DNA of 64,000 nt from Escherichia coli. GTDB lineage: Bacteria; Pseudomonadota; Gammaproteobacteria; Enterobacterales; Enterobacteriaceae. Each line of letters opens with the position of its first letter. The stretch's first letter is position 1. The position numbers were made by a program, and so were the translations under genes. Positions 13,062 through 24,443 of this stretch are shown here, one piece after another. Below the pieces are notes generated by a model, which saw only the letters and a program-made list of their open reading frames with translations, searched no databases and was not told where the DNA came from. The stretch is taken from NCBI RefSeq assembly GCF_003018255.1, contig NZ_CP027440.1; one strand, given 5' to 3'.

Positions 13062-15701
13062 TTATTGGTTCGATGAAACAGACATCGGCGGTTCCATTGG
13101 TGTCACCTGTTGTGTCTGCTCCTGAATTACAGGTTGAATATCATGCGTTATGACGGGAGCACTTCCCCCTTTTTGCTGGCATGGCAACAACAAGCCATTG
13201 AACAGGTCATTCGGTAACGGATCTGGCAGGCTGATATCGCAGTGAGATTCTCCCTCCCAGAAAACGGTCATATGTTCACCCGGCTTAACGCCTGCAAGAT
13301 AAACATTACCTTCGTCATCAACCAGCCCAACTTGTTGTTGATTATCGTTTTTCACTTCCGCCCCAAATGGCGGATGGCTGCCATCCTGCAAGCGCAGCAC
13401 TACCATCGCCTTCTCACCGCTGATCACCGCAAATTTACGGTAGCCAATAGCGCCTTCCGTCAGCGTTGCCTGGACCACCGATTGGGTAGCTTCGGCGTTT
13501 TCCGGTAGTTTGTTCAAATCGATATAAGCCTGGTTACGGTAGTAATCATTAACATCTGCCACCACCGCTTTCCCGAACATGTTGGTATAAACGGCGGAAC
13601 CATTACCTTCGACCGGCACATTAGCAACGCCATCGGCGTCGATTAGCAGACGTGTGCCTCCCATATTTTGCGTACGATGCAACGCCCCGCCGTGAGCAGT
13701 CAGTGTTACACCGCCCTGTAAGGAGACCCCCGCAGATGTGTATTGCCCCTCATGGTAGTTTGCACTCAGGTCAACTTTTGCCAGCGTACCGTCATGACTG
13801 TAATAACCATCAAGACTGGTGTGATTTTCACTGGTTCCGGCGCTCAACGTATAGTGGCTAGCGTCATCGATGCGGTGATACAAACTCGCCTGGCTGCTGT
13901 CGGCACCACTGCCATAATTGCCGTTGTAACTGATGGTGCTGTTGTCACCCCATGGCAAACTCAAGGACAGATAAACACCTTTGTCGGCACTTTTATCATA
14001 TTCGTAGCGATAACCGGTGAGAGAAACGCTCAGGTTGCGAAGACTTCCTAAATTGAAATAATGAGAAAGCATCATGTTGTAGTTGGTCTGATCCTCGCGA
14101 TCCCAATAGGTATGGTGAGAATAATTGAGATAGACCGAAACGCGCGCATCCCTAAAGTTCTGGTTGTAAGTGACCGTGTACATTTCCTTGTCGTTACCCG
14201 TGCGCGCACGGTCGGTGTCGTTCGCATCCAGATACTCACTCATGGTCATGTAGTTTTTTTCAGAGAAGCGATATCCGGCAAACGTCACCCGACTGTTGAG
14301 TTCATCGAAATCTTTGGCATAGCTGACGCGATAAGAGTTGCCGTCCAGCGTTTTGTTGCCATACACGCTGTTATCGTCGAGTTGAACACGAGAGTGAGTG
14401 ACATCAAACGCTAGCGCTCCGAACAGCGCGAGGTCACGACCGAGGCCTAACGCTGCCGACTGGTAGTTTTCATCGGCCAATGCCCCGCCGTAGAGCGACC
14501 AGCCATTCGCAATCCCCCATGACGCCTCACCGCCCGAGAAGAAGCTGCCTGCAACCTGATGGTCCCAGTTTTGTGGACGCCCCATTGTCACTTTGTAACG
14601 CACCTGACCGGGGCGGGTCAGAAACGGCATGGACGCCGTGCTGACGTCATATTCCTGTACCTGACCGTTTTGTTCTTCAATGCGGACATGCAGCGTGCCA
14701 GATACGGAATCGCCAATATCCTGAATGCGGAATGGACCTGCGGGCACCTGGGTTTCGTAAATGACACGGCCCATTTGGGTTACGGTCACTTTAGCGGTAG
14801 TGTGTGCAACGCCGGAAATATCGGGTGCGTAGCCGCGCATGTTTGGCGGTAACATTTGATCATCGGTACTGATGCTGCCGCCAATGTAACTGAAGCCATC
14901 AAAAATATCGGAGTTGAGATAATCTTCACCCAGCGAAAGTTTGGCTTTTAATGACGGCAAGGCGCGCCAGGCGTAGTAACGGCTCCACTCCCAGTTTTTT
15001 TGCGTACCGCTATCATCAGTGTCGCCGTCATCGTTACTGCGGGTATGTTGGTAATCGCTCTGCCAGTCGGCTCGTAAGCGCCACGGCCCCACGTTAACGC
15101 CGACCGTACCATTACCGCTGATGTCGTTAGTGTCATCCCCCCCATTTTCATGTCGGGTTTGTGCGTTGATACTGTAATCGGCAATAAGCCCAGGAATCCC
15201 CTCATCCCAACGCGAAGGTGGGTCCCAGTCATCGTCAGTGTATTCGAGATATGCCTGTGGCACAGAAACTAAGAGCGCAGATTGACTTAAATCGCCCTTA
15301 ATTTCCATACCTCCTATTTGGTCAGTTTTCAGACATTGTCCATCATGACCCCATTGCAAACTCTTCGCAAAATCATCTTTGAAGCCAAACTGGGCTATCA
15401 GTTCAGGTGGTAAGCAGGCATATGATTTATTCGGATCGTTTTCAGCTACATACCAATAGATATCGTATTCATCAGGTAATGGGTGATTATTTACATGAAC
15501 ACGTAAATTGTATTTCCCTGGTTCAACATACCCTTTTTGAGAAAAACGCCCCAGATCAATTTTGGTATTTCCTTTTAACTCCAGAAATCGAGCATCAAAT
15601 TGAATGGTATCATCTGCCAGTACATTAAAAGGACTCCCGGAAATTGCCAGAGCAATCCACCATGAAAGCCCCCGTAAACGAAGAAAAGAATGTTCAGGCA
15701 T
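13062..15701 (-). CDS. yfcU: Outer-membrane fimbrial usher, intact (879 aa)
   Basis: Single uninterrupted 879 aa ORF with usher-family composition and C-terminal domain; in K-12 the equivalent is split (yfcT/yfcU pseudogene). Confidence 0.85.
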   Translation of the reverse strand: MPEHSFLRLRGLSWWIALAISGSPFNVLADDTIQFDARFLELKGNTKIDLGRFSQKGYVEPGKYNLRVHVNNHPLPDEYDIYWYVAENDPNKSYACLPPELIAQFGFKDDFAKSLQWGHDGQCLKTDQIGGMEIKGDLSQSALLVSVPQAYLEYTDDDWDPPSRWDEGIPGLIADYSINAQTRHENGGDDTNDISGNGTVGVNVGPWRLRADWQSDYQHTRSNDDGDTDDSGTQKNWEWSRYYAWRALPSLKAKLSLGEDYLNSDIFDGFSYIGGSISTDDQMLPPNMRGYAPDISGVAHTTAKVTVTQMGRVIYETQVPAGPFRIQDIGDSVSGTLHVRIEEQNGQVQEYDVSTASMPFLTRPGQVRYKVTMGRPQNWDHQVAGSFFSGGEASWGIANGWSLYGGALADENYQSAALGLGRDLALFGALAFDVTHSRVQLDDNSVYGNKTLDGNSYRVSYAKDFDELNSRVTFAGYRFSEKNYMTMSEYLDANDTDRARTGNDKEMYTVTYNQNFRDARVSVYLNYSHHTYWDREDQTNYNMMLSHYFNLGSLRNLSVSLTGYRYEYDKSADKGVYLSLSLPWGDNSTISYNGNYGSGADSSQASLYHRIDDASHYTLSAGTSENHTSLDGYYSHDGTLAKVDLSANYHEGQYTSAGVSLQGGVTLTAHGGALHRTQNMGGTRLLIDADGVANVPVEGNGSAVYTNMFGKAVVADVNDYYRNQAYIDLNKLPENAEATQSVVQATLTEGAIGYRKFAVISGEKAMVVLRLQDGSHPPFGAEVKNDNQQQVGLVDDEGNVYLAGVKPGEHMTVFWEGESHCDISLPDPLPNDLFNGLLLPCQQKGGSAPVITHDIQPVIQEQTQQVTPMEPPMSVSSNQ

Positions 15702-15786
15702 CTACGTATCCATCCATGATTATTATAATTTAGTTATCTTTTATTTATAAACCCCATAACATTGCAGTTATGGGGGAACAGCATAA

Positions 15787-16353
15787 TTAGAGATATGTAA
15801 TCTGGAACGTCGTTAGCGTTTCAAACGGCGCTGGGGTTGGTGTTACCGCTGCAGTTTCACCTACTAACCAGGCTTTAAAGTTCAACGTTTGTTTCTGTTT
15901 GCCTTTTCCTGTTGAACTGTCCATCGCGATGTCCTGATCGATGCCTGCCCCCAGGTCATAACCAGTACCACGTTGGTCGCCAATCACCAGACTTACATTT
16001 GGAATTTCAGTTCCATTATCCATGTTAGACAGGGAATAGTTTTTTGAGTTGCCGGAGTACGGATTACCAGTGAATGTCGTGGTCATTGTCGTTTCAGTAT
16101 TGAAATTACAATCCTGTAAACGAATCTGGAAATCTTTAGGTGTGGTAGTCTTGCCACCGGTTAAAGAACCTGTACCAATGCTGCCCATATCCACTTCCAG
16201 TTTATGATCGTCAGGAACAATCGAGCACGGAGAGTCTTCAATTGTGCCGTAAAATCTCACTGTACCGTTGTTACCTGCGGCAACGACTGATGCTGAAGTC
16301 AGCGCCCCCATGAGCATTGCCGTGGCAACTGCTGCTTTTACAAACTTACTCAT
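15787..16353 (-). CDS. yfcV: Major fimbrial subunit YfcV
   Basis: 188 aa ORF with signal peptide, Cys pair, C-terminal ...FQITYL; first gene of operon. Confidence 0.8.
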   Translation of the reverse strand: MSKFVKAAVATAMLMGALTSASVVAAGNNGTVRFYGTIEDSPCSIVPDDHKLEVDMGSIGTGSLTGGKTTTPKDFQIRLQDCNFNTETTMTTTFTGNPYSGNSKNYSLSNMDNGTEIPNVSLVIGDQRGTGYDLGAGIDQDIAMDSSTGKGKQKQTLNFKAWLVGETAAVTPTPAPFETLTTFQITYL

Positions 16354-16959
16354 TATTTGTCCTTAAATCATAAATAATTAGAATATAAGCCAACTGAAAT
16401 ATTGACGCAGAGCTTCTTCAATTTTTACAGCGACTTTTAACCAGCCAATGAACAGATTTTCAGCTCCTGAAAAAACAGGTTCCTTGATATAATATTCTTT
16501 GGCGTGCCGAACATATTGATATTTTAATATGACTGACGCAATTTAGATTTTCTAACATTCAAAGTTAGAAATGCTTAATTAATAGGCAGGAATAATAATT
16601 ACTGAAATTTTTCATCTCAATCATGAAGAATAAGTTCAAAAAAACGGCAAATGCAAAAACCCAGTGAATAAATTAAAGTCAAAAACAATCACATGGCAAT
16701 GACTATCTTGTGATATTAATTTCGCAACGATATAATATTAAAACACTATAATTAATATAAAATCAAGACCCAATTATATTTTTCACTTTAGTCATTATTT
16801 ACCTAAAAATGCTTCCAGAAAAATAATTTATGAATAAAAGTAAATTCTCTTTCAATATGTAAATTTTTACAAATAAAAGCGTCATGCCGTATAAAATAAA
16901 GACCATTCGATCACAAGCGGATCATTGTTAGTACAATAAGATTGAATAAATTCAACATT
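16354..16959. promoter_or_regulatory. AT-rich upstream region of yfc fimbrial operon (promoter / likely nucleoid-protein-bound region)
   Basis: About 600 bp with no credible ORF and visibly very high A+T content directly upstream of yfcV. Confidence 0.4.
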
Positions 16960-17003
16960 GCCAGAAAAAATAAAGGCCCGATAGCTTACGCCAGCGGGCC
17001 TTG
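16960..17003 (-). terminator. Putative intrinsic terminator downstream of sixA
   Basis: GC stem GGCCCG/CGGGCC with 13-nt loop; A-run on plus strand (= U-run on minus transcript) following the stem. Confidence 0.45.
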
Positions 17004-17013
17004 TGCATGCGTA

Positions 17014-17499
17014 TTAAATCGCCTTTGCCATCTTCAAATTACATGGGCTCATCTGCCAGTTAAATGTGCCGTTTCCGCTTTCATCAAGCGTTACGCTGGC
17101 AATGGCCGAGGTGGTAAACATAGGCGGCGTTTCGCCCGGACATAACTCAGCAACCAGATACCCGACTAAGGGTAAGTGGGAGATCACCAGTACCGAAGCA
17201 ACACCTTCATTGGTCAACGCCTGCAAATAGGCACTGACCAGACCAACATCGCCGCAGGGCGTTAACTCCGGCAGAACTTCTGCACTGGAAGGCAGGTTCA
17301 GACAATCCCCTACTTCTTCAAGTGTTTGCTCGGCTCGCAGGAACGGGCTCACCAGAACGCGTTCGATTTCCACTTTTTGACCTTTCAGCCAGTTCGCCAT
17401 CAGGCGAGATTCGTCACAACCGTTAGTGGTCAGAGGACGAACCGAATCACTGGCGGCATCGAGGGCTGCGTCGCCGTGACGCATGATAAAAACTTGCAT
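17014..17499 (-). CDS. sixA: Phosphohistidine phosphatase SixA
   Basis: 161 aa ORF, RHG motif at N-terminus (MQVFIMRHGDA...). Confidence 0.93.
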   Translation of the reverse strand: MQVFIMRHGDAALDAASDSVRPLTTNGCDESRLMANWLKGQKVEIERVLVSPFLRAEQTLEEVGDCLNLPSSAEVLPELTPCGDVGLVSAYLQALTNEGVASVLVISHLPLVGYLVAELCPGETPPMFTTSAIASVTLDESGNGTFNWQMSPCNLKMAKAI

Positions 17500-17701
17500 A
17501 TTGCACCGCTTTTGTTAACCAGATTCGCCCGTTTTCTTTCATCTGAAACCAGAGAAAGAAAACGGTGGCCGGCATTGTGCCTTATCCATTCACCGAATGA
17601 AACGCTGTTTTTTACCTCAATGGCGTAAGTATAGTCAATATGCGTTTACATTTTGAGCAACACTCCGCCATTCAGCGCGGATTCATATAGCTTTGACCTT
17701 C

Positions 17702-19846
17702 TTATTGCAGGTCAGTTGCAGTTGTTTTCCAAAAACTTTCCCCACGCTTGCTCATCTCGACTAAACGCTCGCAAGGGGTAAAACGGGAACCATACTGCGT
17801 GGCCAGTCGTTGCATTATTGCAACCACTTCACCCGCACCGAGAGAATCGATGTAGCGGAACGGACCACCGAGAAATGGCGGAAAACCAATGCCAAATACC
17901 GCGCCAATATCTCCGTCACGCACGCTACGGATAACCTGCTCGTCCAGACAACGTACTGCTTCATTCAGCATCAACATCACACACCGTTCAGCTACCTGCG
18001 GTGCGGAGAGTCGCCCCTGCCCTTGTGTGCCAATGAGCGGGTAAATGGCGGGATCGACCTGTTTTTTGCTTTTACGCCCTTTCTGACCATAAAGATAGAA
18101 ACCCCGGCCATTTTTTCTGCCTTTGCGATCGTCGTTCAAAATTGAAGAAACAACATTTGCAGGCGCGCTAAAACGTTCTCCATAAGCGGCTTCCAGTACA
18201 GGAATAATTTTAGTCCCGGTGTCGATTCCTACCTCATCCAAAAGTTGGATTGGGCCTACCGGAAAACCAAATTTCACCAGCGCGGTATCAATGTGCTCTA
18301 CCCGTTCACCTTCGGTCAACATGCGGATAGCTTCATTAATGTAAGGCGCTAAGATGCGATTGACGTAAAACCCGGCTTTGTCACGCACGACAATTGGCGT
18401 TTTGCCCTGTTTTTTCGCCAGTTTTACTGTGGTGGCGATGGTTTGCGCCGATGTACCGGCATGGGGAATAATTTCTACCAACGGCATTTTTTCCACCGGA
18501 CTGAAGAAATGCAGGCCAATAACTTGCTCAGGTCGCGCGGCGTGAGCGGCGATATCGCCAATCGGTAAAGATGACGTGTTCGAAGCAAAGATGGTATGAG
18601 CGGCGCAATTTTGCTCAACTTCCGCCACCATTTGTTGTTTTAATTCGAGATTTTCAAACACCGCTTCAATAATCAGATCGCGATGGGCAAAGCCGCAATA
18701 GTCCGTCGTTCCGGAGATTAATGCCAGCTGTCTGTCACGTTCGCTGGCTTTGAGATGACGACGGCGAACTTTGCCCTCCAGCTGATCCCAACTGTACTTC
18801 AGCGCATGATTTATGCCCTGCGGGTTGATATCTTTAATTCTGACCGGAAGCCCCGCTTTACAAGCAGTGACATAAGCAATACCGCCGCCCATCAAGCCAC
18901 CACCTAAAATTCCCACGCTGTTTAATGGCGCAGGCGGCGCATCACTGCCAGGATCTTTCTTCACGTCCGTACTGGCAAAAAAGATACTACGCAGCGCCTG
19001 CGATTGCGGCGTCATCACCAGTTCGCCAAAAGCACGGGCTTCAGCGTCATAGCCGCCACTGGTGCCCTGCGCTAATCCCGTTTCGACAACCTCCAGGATG
19101 CGTTCTGTCGCCGGATAGTTACCTTGAGTTTTGTGTTCTGTTTTCTTACCGACCATTTTGAACAGCAGCGCACGACCTAACGGCCCCGCCAGAATACGCT
19201 CGCGTACAGGTAGAGGGCGTGAAGATGGGCGATCCTGCTTTGCCAGCTCAACAGCGGCTTCCAGTAAAATGGATTGCGGAACGACGTCATCCACCAGCCC
19301 CAGCTTTAATGCCTGTTTCGCCCGAAGTTGTTTTCCAGTGAGGATCATCTCCAATGCTGTGCTGACACCTATCAGGCGCGGTAAACGCTGGGTGCCGCCT
19401 GAACCGGGTAATAATCCAAGTTGTACTTCAGGCAAACCGAGCACCGTTTTAGGATCGTCAGTACACATGCGACCGTGGCACGCCAGCGCCAACTCCAGCC
19501 CACCGCCCAGGCAAGCGCCATGAATAGCCGCGATAACCGGAACGGGCAAAGCATGAATCTCCGCCATCAACTGTTGGCCCTGCCGCGCCAGTGCTTCCGC
19601 TTCTTGCGCCGTTTTGCAGTTGGCGATCATGTTGATGTCTGCGCCAGCAATGAAGTTGTCTGGTTTCGCGGAGATAAACACCACGCCGCGCAACTCTTTG
19701 TTTTCACGGAGTTGCTTAATAATGGCGCGCACCTGCGAGGCAAACTCCGCCTTCAGGGTATTCATTTTCTCACCCGGTACGTCGATGGTGATAACAGCAA
19801 TGTTGTCCAGACGGACATTAAGGGTAAACGCTGATGCCATTTCCAT
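17702..19846 (-). CDS. fadJ: Anaerobic fatty-acid oxidation complex alpha subunit (enoyl-CoA hydratase / 3-hydroxyacyl-CoA dehydrogenase)
   Basis: 714 aa ORF, recognised FadJ. Confidence 0.95.
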   Translation of the reverse strand: MEMASAFTLNVRLDNIAVITIDVPGEKMNTLKAEFASQVRAIIKQLRENKELRGVVFISAKPDNFIAGADINMIANCKTAQEAEALARQGQQLMAEIHALPVPVIAAIHGACLGGGLELALACHGRMCTDDPKTVLGLPEVQLGLLPGSGGTQRLPRLIGVSTALEMILTGKQLRAKQALKLGLVDDVVPQSILLEAAVELAKQDRPSSRPLPVRERILAGPLGRALLFKMVGKKTEHKTQGNYPATERILEVVETGLAQGTSGGYDAEARAFGELVMTPQSQALRSIFFASTDVKKDPGSDAPPAPLNSVGILGGGLMGGGIAYVTACKAGLPVRIKDINPQGINHALKYSWDQLEGKVRRRHLKASERDRQLALISGTTDYCGFAHRDLIIEAVFENLELKQQMVAEVEQNCAAHTIFASNTSSLPIGDIAAHAARPEQVIGLHFFSPVEKMPLVEIIPHAGTSAQTIATTVKLAKKQGKTPIVVRDKAGFYVNRILAPYINEAIRMLTEGERVEHIDTALVKFGFPVGPIQLLDEVGIDTGTKIIPVLEAAYGERFSAPANVVSSILNDDRKGRKNGRGFYLYGQKGRKSKKQVDPAIYPLIGTQGQGRLSAPQVAERCVMLMLNEAVRCLDEQVIRSVRDGDIGAVFGIGFPPFLGGPFRYIDSLGAGEVVAIMQRLATQYGSRFTPCERLVEMSKRGESFWKTTATDLQ

Positions 19847-21156
19847 TATTCCGCCTCCACAACCATTGCCGCGCCAAGCCCACCCGCAGCACAGGCGGTC
19901 ACTAAACCAAATCCACCGCCGCGACGGCGAAGTTCATGCAATGTCTGGGTAATCATCCGCGCGCCGGTCGCCGCGAAGGGATGCCCGTAAGCAATCGAAC
20001 CGCCAAGCACGTTAAATTTGCTATCGTCCATTTCGCCAGTGGCATGTGCACGCCCCAGTACATCACGAGCAAAACGTTCGCTACCCAGCAACTGAATATT
20101 CGCCAGTGTCTGAGCTGCAAAGGCTTCGTGCATATCGAGCAATGTCAGATCGCTCATTGTCAAACCGGCACGTTCCAGCGCCAGCGGCGTTGACCAGGCC
20201 GGACCGAGCAACATGTCCTGCCAGACATCTATCGCAGTAAATGCGTAACTGCGCAGATACCCCAGCGGTACCAGCCCTAATTCTTTCGCCCGCGATTCGG
20301 TCATCAGGATCACCGCCGCTGCGCCATCGGTCAGCGGCGTACTGTTTGCTGCCGTTACCGTCCCGTGTTTACGATCAAACGCCGGACGCAACTTTGCGTA
20401 ATCAGCAAGCGAGGAATTACCGCGAATATTGTTGTCTTCGGCAAGCGGTTGTTTATAAGGAGGGATAAAGGCAGTCATCACCTCTTCTTTGAGTTTACCG
20501 TCTGACCACGCCTGAGCGGCTCGCTGATGCGAACGGTGCGCTAATGCATCTTGCTGTTCGCGAGTAATACCGTAGGTTTTCGCCATTTGTTCAGCGGTGT
20601 CGCCCATCCGCAAGCCAGTAGAGTATTCCGCCACTGCCGGAGGCACCGGCATTAAGTCGCGCAAACGCAGGCGAGAGAAGAGTTTCAGGCGCTGGCTCAT
20701 GGTTCGAGCTTTGTTGACATCAACCAGCACGCGCGCCAGTTTTTTACTGACGCCAATTGGCAATACGGAAGAGGAATCGGCCCCACCGGCAATCCCCGCG
20801 CGAATAGTTCCCGCCATCAGGCTTTCTGCGACGTTTGCAATCGCCTGGAAACTGGTAGCGCAAGCGCGGCTGACGCTGTAAGCATCGGTATGCACATTCA
20901 TTCCGGTACCGAGAACAATTTCACGCGCAATGTTGGGGGCTTCAGGCATTTGTACGACCTGACCAAAAACCAGTTGTTCAATCACTTCGGCGGGGATCTC
21001 GCTGCGTGCCAGCAGTTCGCCTACCACCATCTTCCCCAAATCAACAGCAGGAATGCCATGAAAAGCCGTCGCCTGGCGGGCAAAAGGCGTACGTAAACCG
21101 CTAACAATGGCGATACGATCGCCCTGGCGGGTAACCAGCGGTAAAACCTGACCCAT
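19846..21156 (-). CDS. fadI: 3-ketoacyl-CoA thiolase FadI
   Basis: 436 aa ORF, thiolase motifs, stop/start overlap with fadJ. Confidence 0.95.
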   Translation of the reverse strand: MGQVLPLVTRQGDRIAIVSGLRTPFARQATAFHGIPAVDLGKMVVGELLARSEIPAEVIEQLVFGQVVQMPEAPNIAREIVLGTGMNVHTDAYSVSRACATSFQAIANVAESLMAGTIRAGIAGGADSSSVLPIGVSKKLARVLVDVNKARTMSQRLKLFSRLRLRDLMPVPPAVAEYSTGLRMGDTAEQMAKTYGITREQQDALAHRSHQRAAQAWSDGKLKEEVMTAFIPPYKQPLAEDNNIRGNSSLADYAKLRPAFDRKHGTVTAANSTPLTDGAAAVILMTESRAKELGLVPLGYLRSYAFTAIDVWQDMLLGPAWSTPLALERAGLTMSDLTLLDMHEAFAAQTLANIQLLGSERFARDVLGRAHATGEMDDSKFNVLGGSIAYGHPFAATGARMITQTLHELRRRGGGFGLVTACAAGGLGAAMVVEAE

Positions 21157-21183
21157 AACACTCCCCTGTAAAATAATAAATAA

Positions 21184-21199
21184 AGTGGTCTGACCTGAT
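21184..21199. promoter_or_regulatory. FadR-box-like site AGTGGTCTGACCTGAT upstream of fadIJ
   Basis: Sequence matches FadR operator consensus (TGGTCNGACCTG core) about 30 bp upstream of fadI start. Confidence 0.5.
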
Positions 21200-21274
21200 C
21201 ATAGTCTTAACCATTTTTTTACATTTAGCCAAGTGGAGAAAAGGGAAAGTGGGAGCTATGACACAGAGAGAAAA

Positions 21275-21320
21275 GTAGAAGAGAAAAGAAAACGCCCCTG
21301 CCAGCAACTGACAGGGGCGT
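21275..21320 (-). terminator. Putative intrinsic terminator downstream of yfcZ
   Basis: Stem GCCCCTG/CAGGGGC with loop, followed on the minus transcript by a U-rich run. Confidence 0.45.
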
Positions 21321-21336
21321 ATGTACCCGAGAGGAA

Positions 21337-21621
21337 TTAACGCAGACCCAGCTGGAAGATCAGCATTTCAGCTTCGCAGGCAAAAGTGAAATCGATATCC
21401 AGGCGCACACCGTCAGACTCTTCAGTGAAAGTCGGGGTGATTTTGCACGGTTCGGATTCCACGCTACGGGCTTTTTCAGTCAGCGCCGCCAGCGTTTGTT
21501 CTGCTTCTGCGCGGTTTGCAAACACACGGCTGTAAGACGCGGTGCAGTCGGAGTTGTCCATAATGGTGCCAACATCCATACAGCAGCAAACCGGGGTTTC
21601 ATCAGCACTACATTTACTCAT
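21337..21621 (-). CDS. yfcZ: UPF0381 protein YfcZ
   Basis: ORF 21337-21645; start placed at internal Met giving 94 aa MSKCSADETPVCCCMDVG... Confidence 0.85.
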   Translation of the reverse strand: MSKCSADETPVCCCMDVGTIMDNSDCTASYSRVFANRAEAEQTLAALTEKARSVESEPCKITPTFTEESDGVRLDIDFTFACEAEMLIFQLGLR

Positions 21622-21866
21622 CGTTGATTTCCTCTGTATGTGCACCCAAGGTGCCAGATAAACGTTGTGGATATTTTACGCTTCCGGAAAGTGCTGCTCC
21701 AGTTGTTAATTCTGCAAAATCGGATAAGTGACCGAAATCACACTTAAAAATGATCTAAAACAAAATTCACCCGAATCCATGAGTGCGCCACCTCCCAATT
21801 TTGCCAGCTGGATCGCGTTTCTTAGATCATATCTGAAAAAAGATAGAAACATACTTGCAACATTCC

Positions 21867-21883
21867 AGCTGGTCCGACCTATA
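21867..21883. promoter_or_regulatory. FadR operator in fadL promoter (AGCTGGTCCGACCTATA)
   Basis: Strong match to FadR consensus about 110 bp upstream of fadL start. Confidence 0.6.
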
Positions 21884-21891
21884 CTCTCGCC

Positions 21892-21907
21892 ACTGGTCTG
21901 ATTTCTA
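21892..21907. promoter_or_regulatory. Second FadR-like half-degenerate site (ACTGGTCTGATTTCTA) in fadL promoter
   Basis: TGGTCTGA core adjacent to first site. Confidence 0.4.
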
Positions 21908-21992
21908 AGATGTACCTCAGACCCTACACTTCGCGCTCCTGTTACAGCACGTAACATAGTTTGTATAAAAATAAATCATTGAGGTTATGGTC

Positions 21993-23333
21993 ATGAGCCA
22001 GAAAACCCTGTTTACAAAGTCTGCTCTCGCAGTCGCAGTGGCACTTATCTCCACCCAGGCCTGGTCGGCAGGCTTTCAGTTAAACGAATTTTCTTCCTCT
22101 GGCCTGGGCCGGGCTTATTCAGGGGAAGGTGCAATTGCCGATGATGCAGGTAACGTTAGCCGTAACCCCGCATTGATTACCATGTTTGACCGCCCGACAT
22201 TTTCTGCGGGTGCGGTTTATATTGATCCGGATGTAAATATCAGCGGAACGTCTCCGTCTGGTCGTAGCCTGAAAGCCGATAACATCGCGCCTACGGCATG
22301 GGTTCCGAACATGCACTTTGTTGCACCGATTAACGACCAATTTGGTTGGGGGGCTTCAATTACCTCTAACTATGGTCTGGCGACAGAGTTTAACGATACT
22401 TATGCAGGCGGTTCTGTCGGTGGTACCACCGACCTCGAAACCATGAACCTGAACTTAAGCGGTGCATATCGCTTAAATAATGCATGGAGCTTTGGTCTTG
22501 GTTTCAACGCCGTCTACGCTCGCGCGAAAATTGAACGTTTCGCAGGCGATCTGGGGCAACTGGTGGCTGGTCAGATTAGGCAATCTCCTGCTTGGCTGAC
22601 TCCTCAGGGGCAAGCATTAGCAGCTACCGCCAACGGCATCGACAGTAATACCAAAATCGCTCACCTGAACGGTAACCAGTGGGGCTTTGGCTGGAACGCC
22701 GGTATCCTGTATGAACTGGATAAAAACAACCGCTACGCATTGACCTACCGCTCTGAAGTGAAAATTGACTTCAAGGGTAACTACAGCAGCGATCTTAACC
22801 CGGCTTTTAATAACTACGGTTTGCCAATTCCTACCGCGACAGGTGGCGCAACGCAGTCGGGTTATCTGACGCTGAACCTGCCTGAAATGTGGGAAGTGTC
22901 GGGTTATAACCGTGTTGATCCGCAGTGGGCAATTCACTATAGCCTGGCTTACACCAGCTGGAGTCAGTTCCAGCAGCTGAAAGCGACCTCAACGAGTGGC
23001 GACACGCTGTTCCAGAAACATGAAGGCTTTAAAGATGCTTACCGCATCGCGTTGGGAACCACTTATTACTACGATGATAACTGGACCTTCCGTACCGGTA
23101 TCGCCTTTGATGACAGCCCAGTTCCGGCACAGAATCGTTCTATCTCCATTCCGGACCAGGACCGTTTCTGGCTGAGTGCAGGTACGACTTACGCATTTAA
23201 TAAAGATGCTTCAGTCGATGTTGGTGTTTCTTATATGCACGGTCAGAGCGTGAAAATTAACGAAGGCCCATACCAGTTCGAGTCTGAAGGTAAAGCCTGG
23301 CTGTTCGGTACTAACTTTAACTACGCGTTCTGA
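21993..23333 (+). CDS. fadL: Long-chain fatty acid outer membrane transporter FadL
   Basis: ORF 21987-23333; start at [21 protein letters not shown] (signal peptide); C-terminal ...FNYAF. Confidence 0.95.
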   Translation: MSQKTLFTKSALAVAVALISTQAWSAGFQLNEFSSSGLGRAYSGEGAIADDAGNVSRNPALITMFDRPTFSAGAVYIDPDVNISGTSPSGRSLKADNIAPTAWVPNMHFVAPINDQFGWGASITSNYGLATEFNDTYAGGSVGGTTDLETMNLNLSGAYRLNNAWSFGLGFNAVYARAKIERFAGDLGQLVAGQIRQSPAWLTPQGQALAATANGIDSNTKIAHLNGNQWGFGWNAGILYELDKNNRYALTYRSEVKIDFKGNYSSDLNPAFNNYGLPIPTATGGATQSGYLTLNLPEMWEVSGYNRVDPQWAIHYSLAYTSWSQFQQLKATSTSGDTLFQKHEGFKDAYRIALGTTYYYDDNWTFRTGIAFDDSPVPAQNRSISIPDQDRFWLSAGTTYAFNKDASVDVGVSYMHGQSVKINEGPYQFESEGKAWLFGTNFNYAF

Positions 23334-23343
23334 TAACGCGTTC

Positions 23344-23376
23344 GCTTAATAAGAAAAAAGGTGAGTTTTGCGACTC
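23344..23376. terminator. Bidirectional intrinsic terminator between convergent fadL and mlaA
   Basis: Perfect stem AGGTGAGT/ACTCACCT with 6-nt loop flanked by A-run upstream and T-run downstream. Confidence 0.65.
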
Positions 23377-23394
23377 ACCTTTTTTGTTTGTTTC

Positions 23395-24150
23395 TTATTC
23401 AGAATCGATATCTTTTAAATCATCCTGAATCGCTTGCGCGTTCGGATTTTCCTGCGGTTTGAGTTCGCCGCCATTAGCGATGAAATCATGACGCTGGAAG
23501 TACGCTTCGCGCACCATAATATAAGGATCGGACGACTGACGCAGCAGACCATCGGAATCCAACAACTGCGCACGAGTTTCTATCCCTTCAAGCGTCCATT
23601 TACCCACAGACATCGGCCAGGTCAGCCAGGAAAGAACCGGGTAAAGACCATCCGCCATATCACCACCGTCATCACGCAGCGTGAAGCTACCGTAGAACGG
23701 TAACTGAACGTATGGCCCATAACCCACACCATAATGACCAAGCGTACTACCGAAGCGGTGAGGTTCAGTCCGTTGCAGTTTCGGGTTCGCCATCCCTGCA
23801 ACATCAATAAAGCCGCCCATCCCCAAAATGGTGTTCAGGAAAAAGCGGGTAAAGTGGACCATCCCCTGATAAGGGTCGCCCTGCAAGAAGTAGTTAACCA
23901 TCACCGCAGGTTCTTCAAGGTTGCCAGTAAAGTTGCTCAAACCGTTACGCGCCGGTTGCGGAACATAATCACGCCAGGCGACAGCGACCGGTCGAACAAT
24001 ATACGGGTCTAATACATTGAAATTGAAGTTGTACATGGTGCGGTTGAACCCTTCTAGCGGGTCAGAACGCCCTTGCTGATCTGTACCGGAACTCGCACAC
24101 CCCACCAGAAGCGTAGTTCCCAGAGCAAGCGCCGACAGGCGAAGCTTCAT
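23395..24150 (-). CDS. mlaA: Outer-membrane lipoprotein MlaA (VacJ), phospholipid asymmetry maintenance
   Basis: 251 aa ORF with lipobox (LLVGC), recognised sequence. Confidence 0.93.
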   Translation of the reverse strand: MKLRLSALALGTTLLVGCASSGTDQQGRSDPLEGFNRTMYNFNFNVLDPYIVRPVAVAWRDYVPQPARNGLSNFTGNLEEPAVMVNYFLQGDPYQGMVHFTRFFLNTILGMGGFIDVAGMANPKLQRTEPHRFGSTLGHYGVGYGPYVQLPFYGSFTLRDDGGDMADGLYPVLSWLTWPMSVGKWTLEGIETRAQLLDSDGLLRQSSDPYIMVREAYFQRHDFIANGGELKPQENPNAQAIQDDLKDIDSE

Positions 24151-24443
24151 AAATGTCTCCCTGTTTTTTTATGGCTTATGCAGTTTGCCATCCATGACGG
24201 AACGATACCGTATCCGCCTGTTTAGGTGTGGGCGATTGTAACAGCACGTCAACTGATGTCCAGACGCCCTGATTTGCTGATTTGATCATAGCCTGGTAAT
24301 CGCCGCCCTGTAGGCTACTTGATTCTATAGAAACAGAAAAAGGCAAACGCAGCCTTTTCTACATTTTCAGAGTAACTCCCGCCAGTTGCGAGCAAAAAAG
24401 CCGCTACGCTTTAGCTATACGTGCTAATTCAAGAGAAGAGACC

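Noticed and set aside
24151-24443. Short hairpin (AAAAGGC/GCCTTTT) in the mlaA-yfdC divergent region as a possible sRNA terminator
   Set aside because: The region is between divergent promoters, the stem is only 7 bp, and there is no supporting promoter-like signal; insufficient evidence
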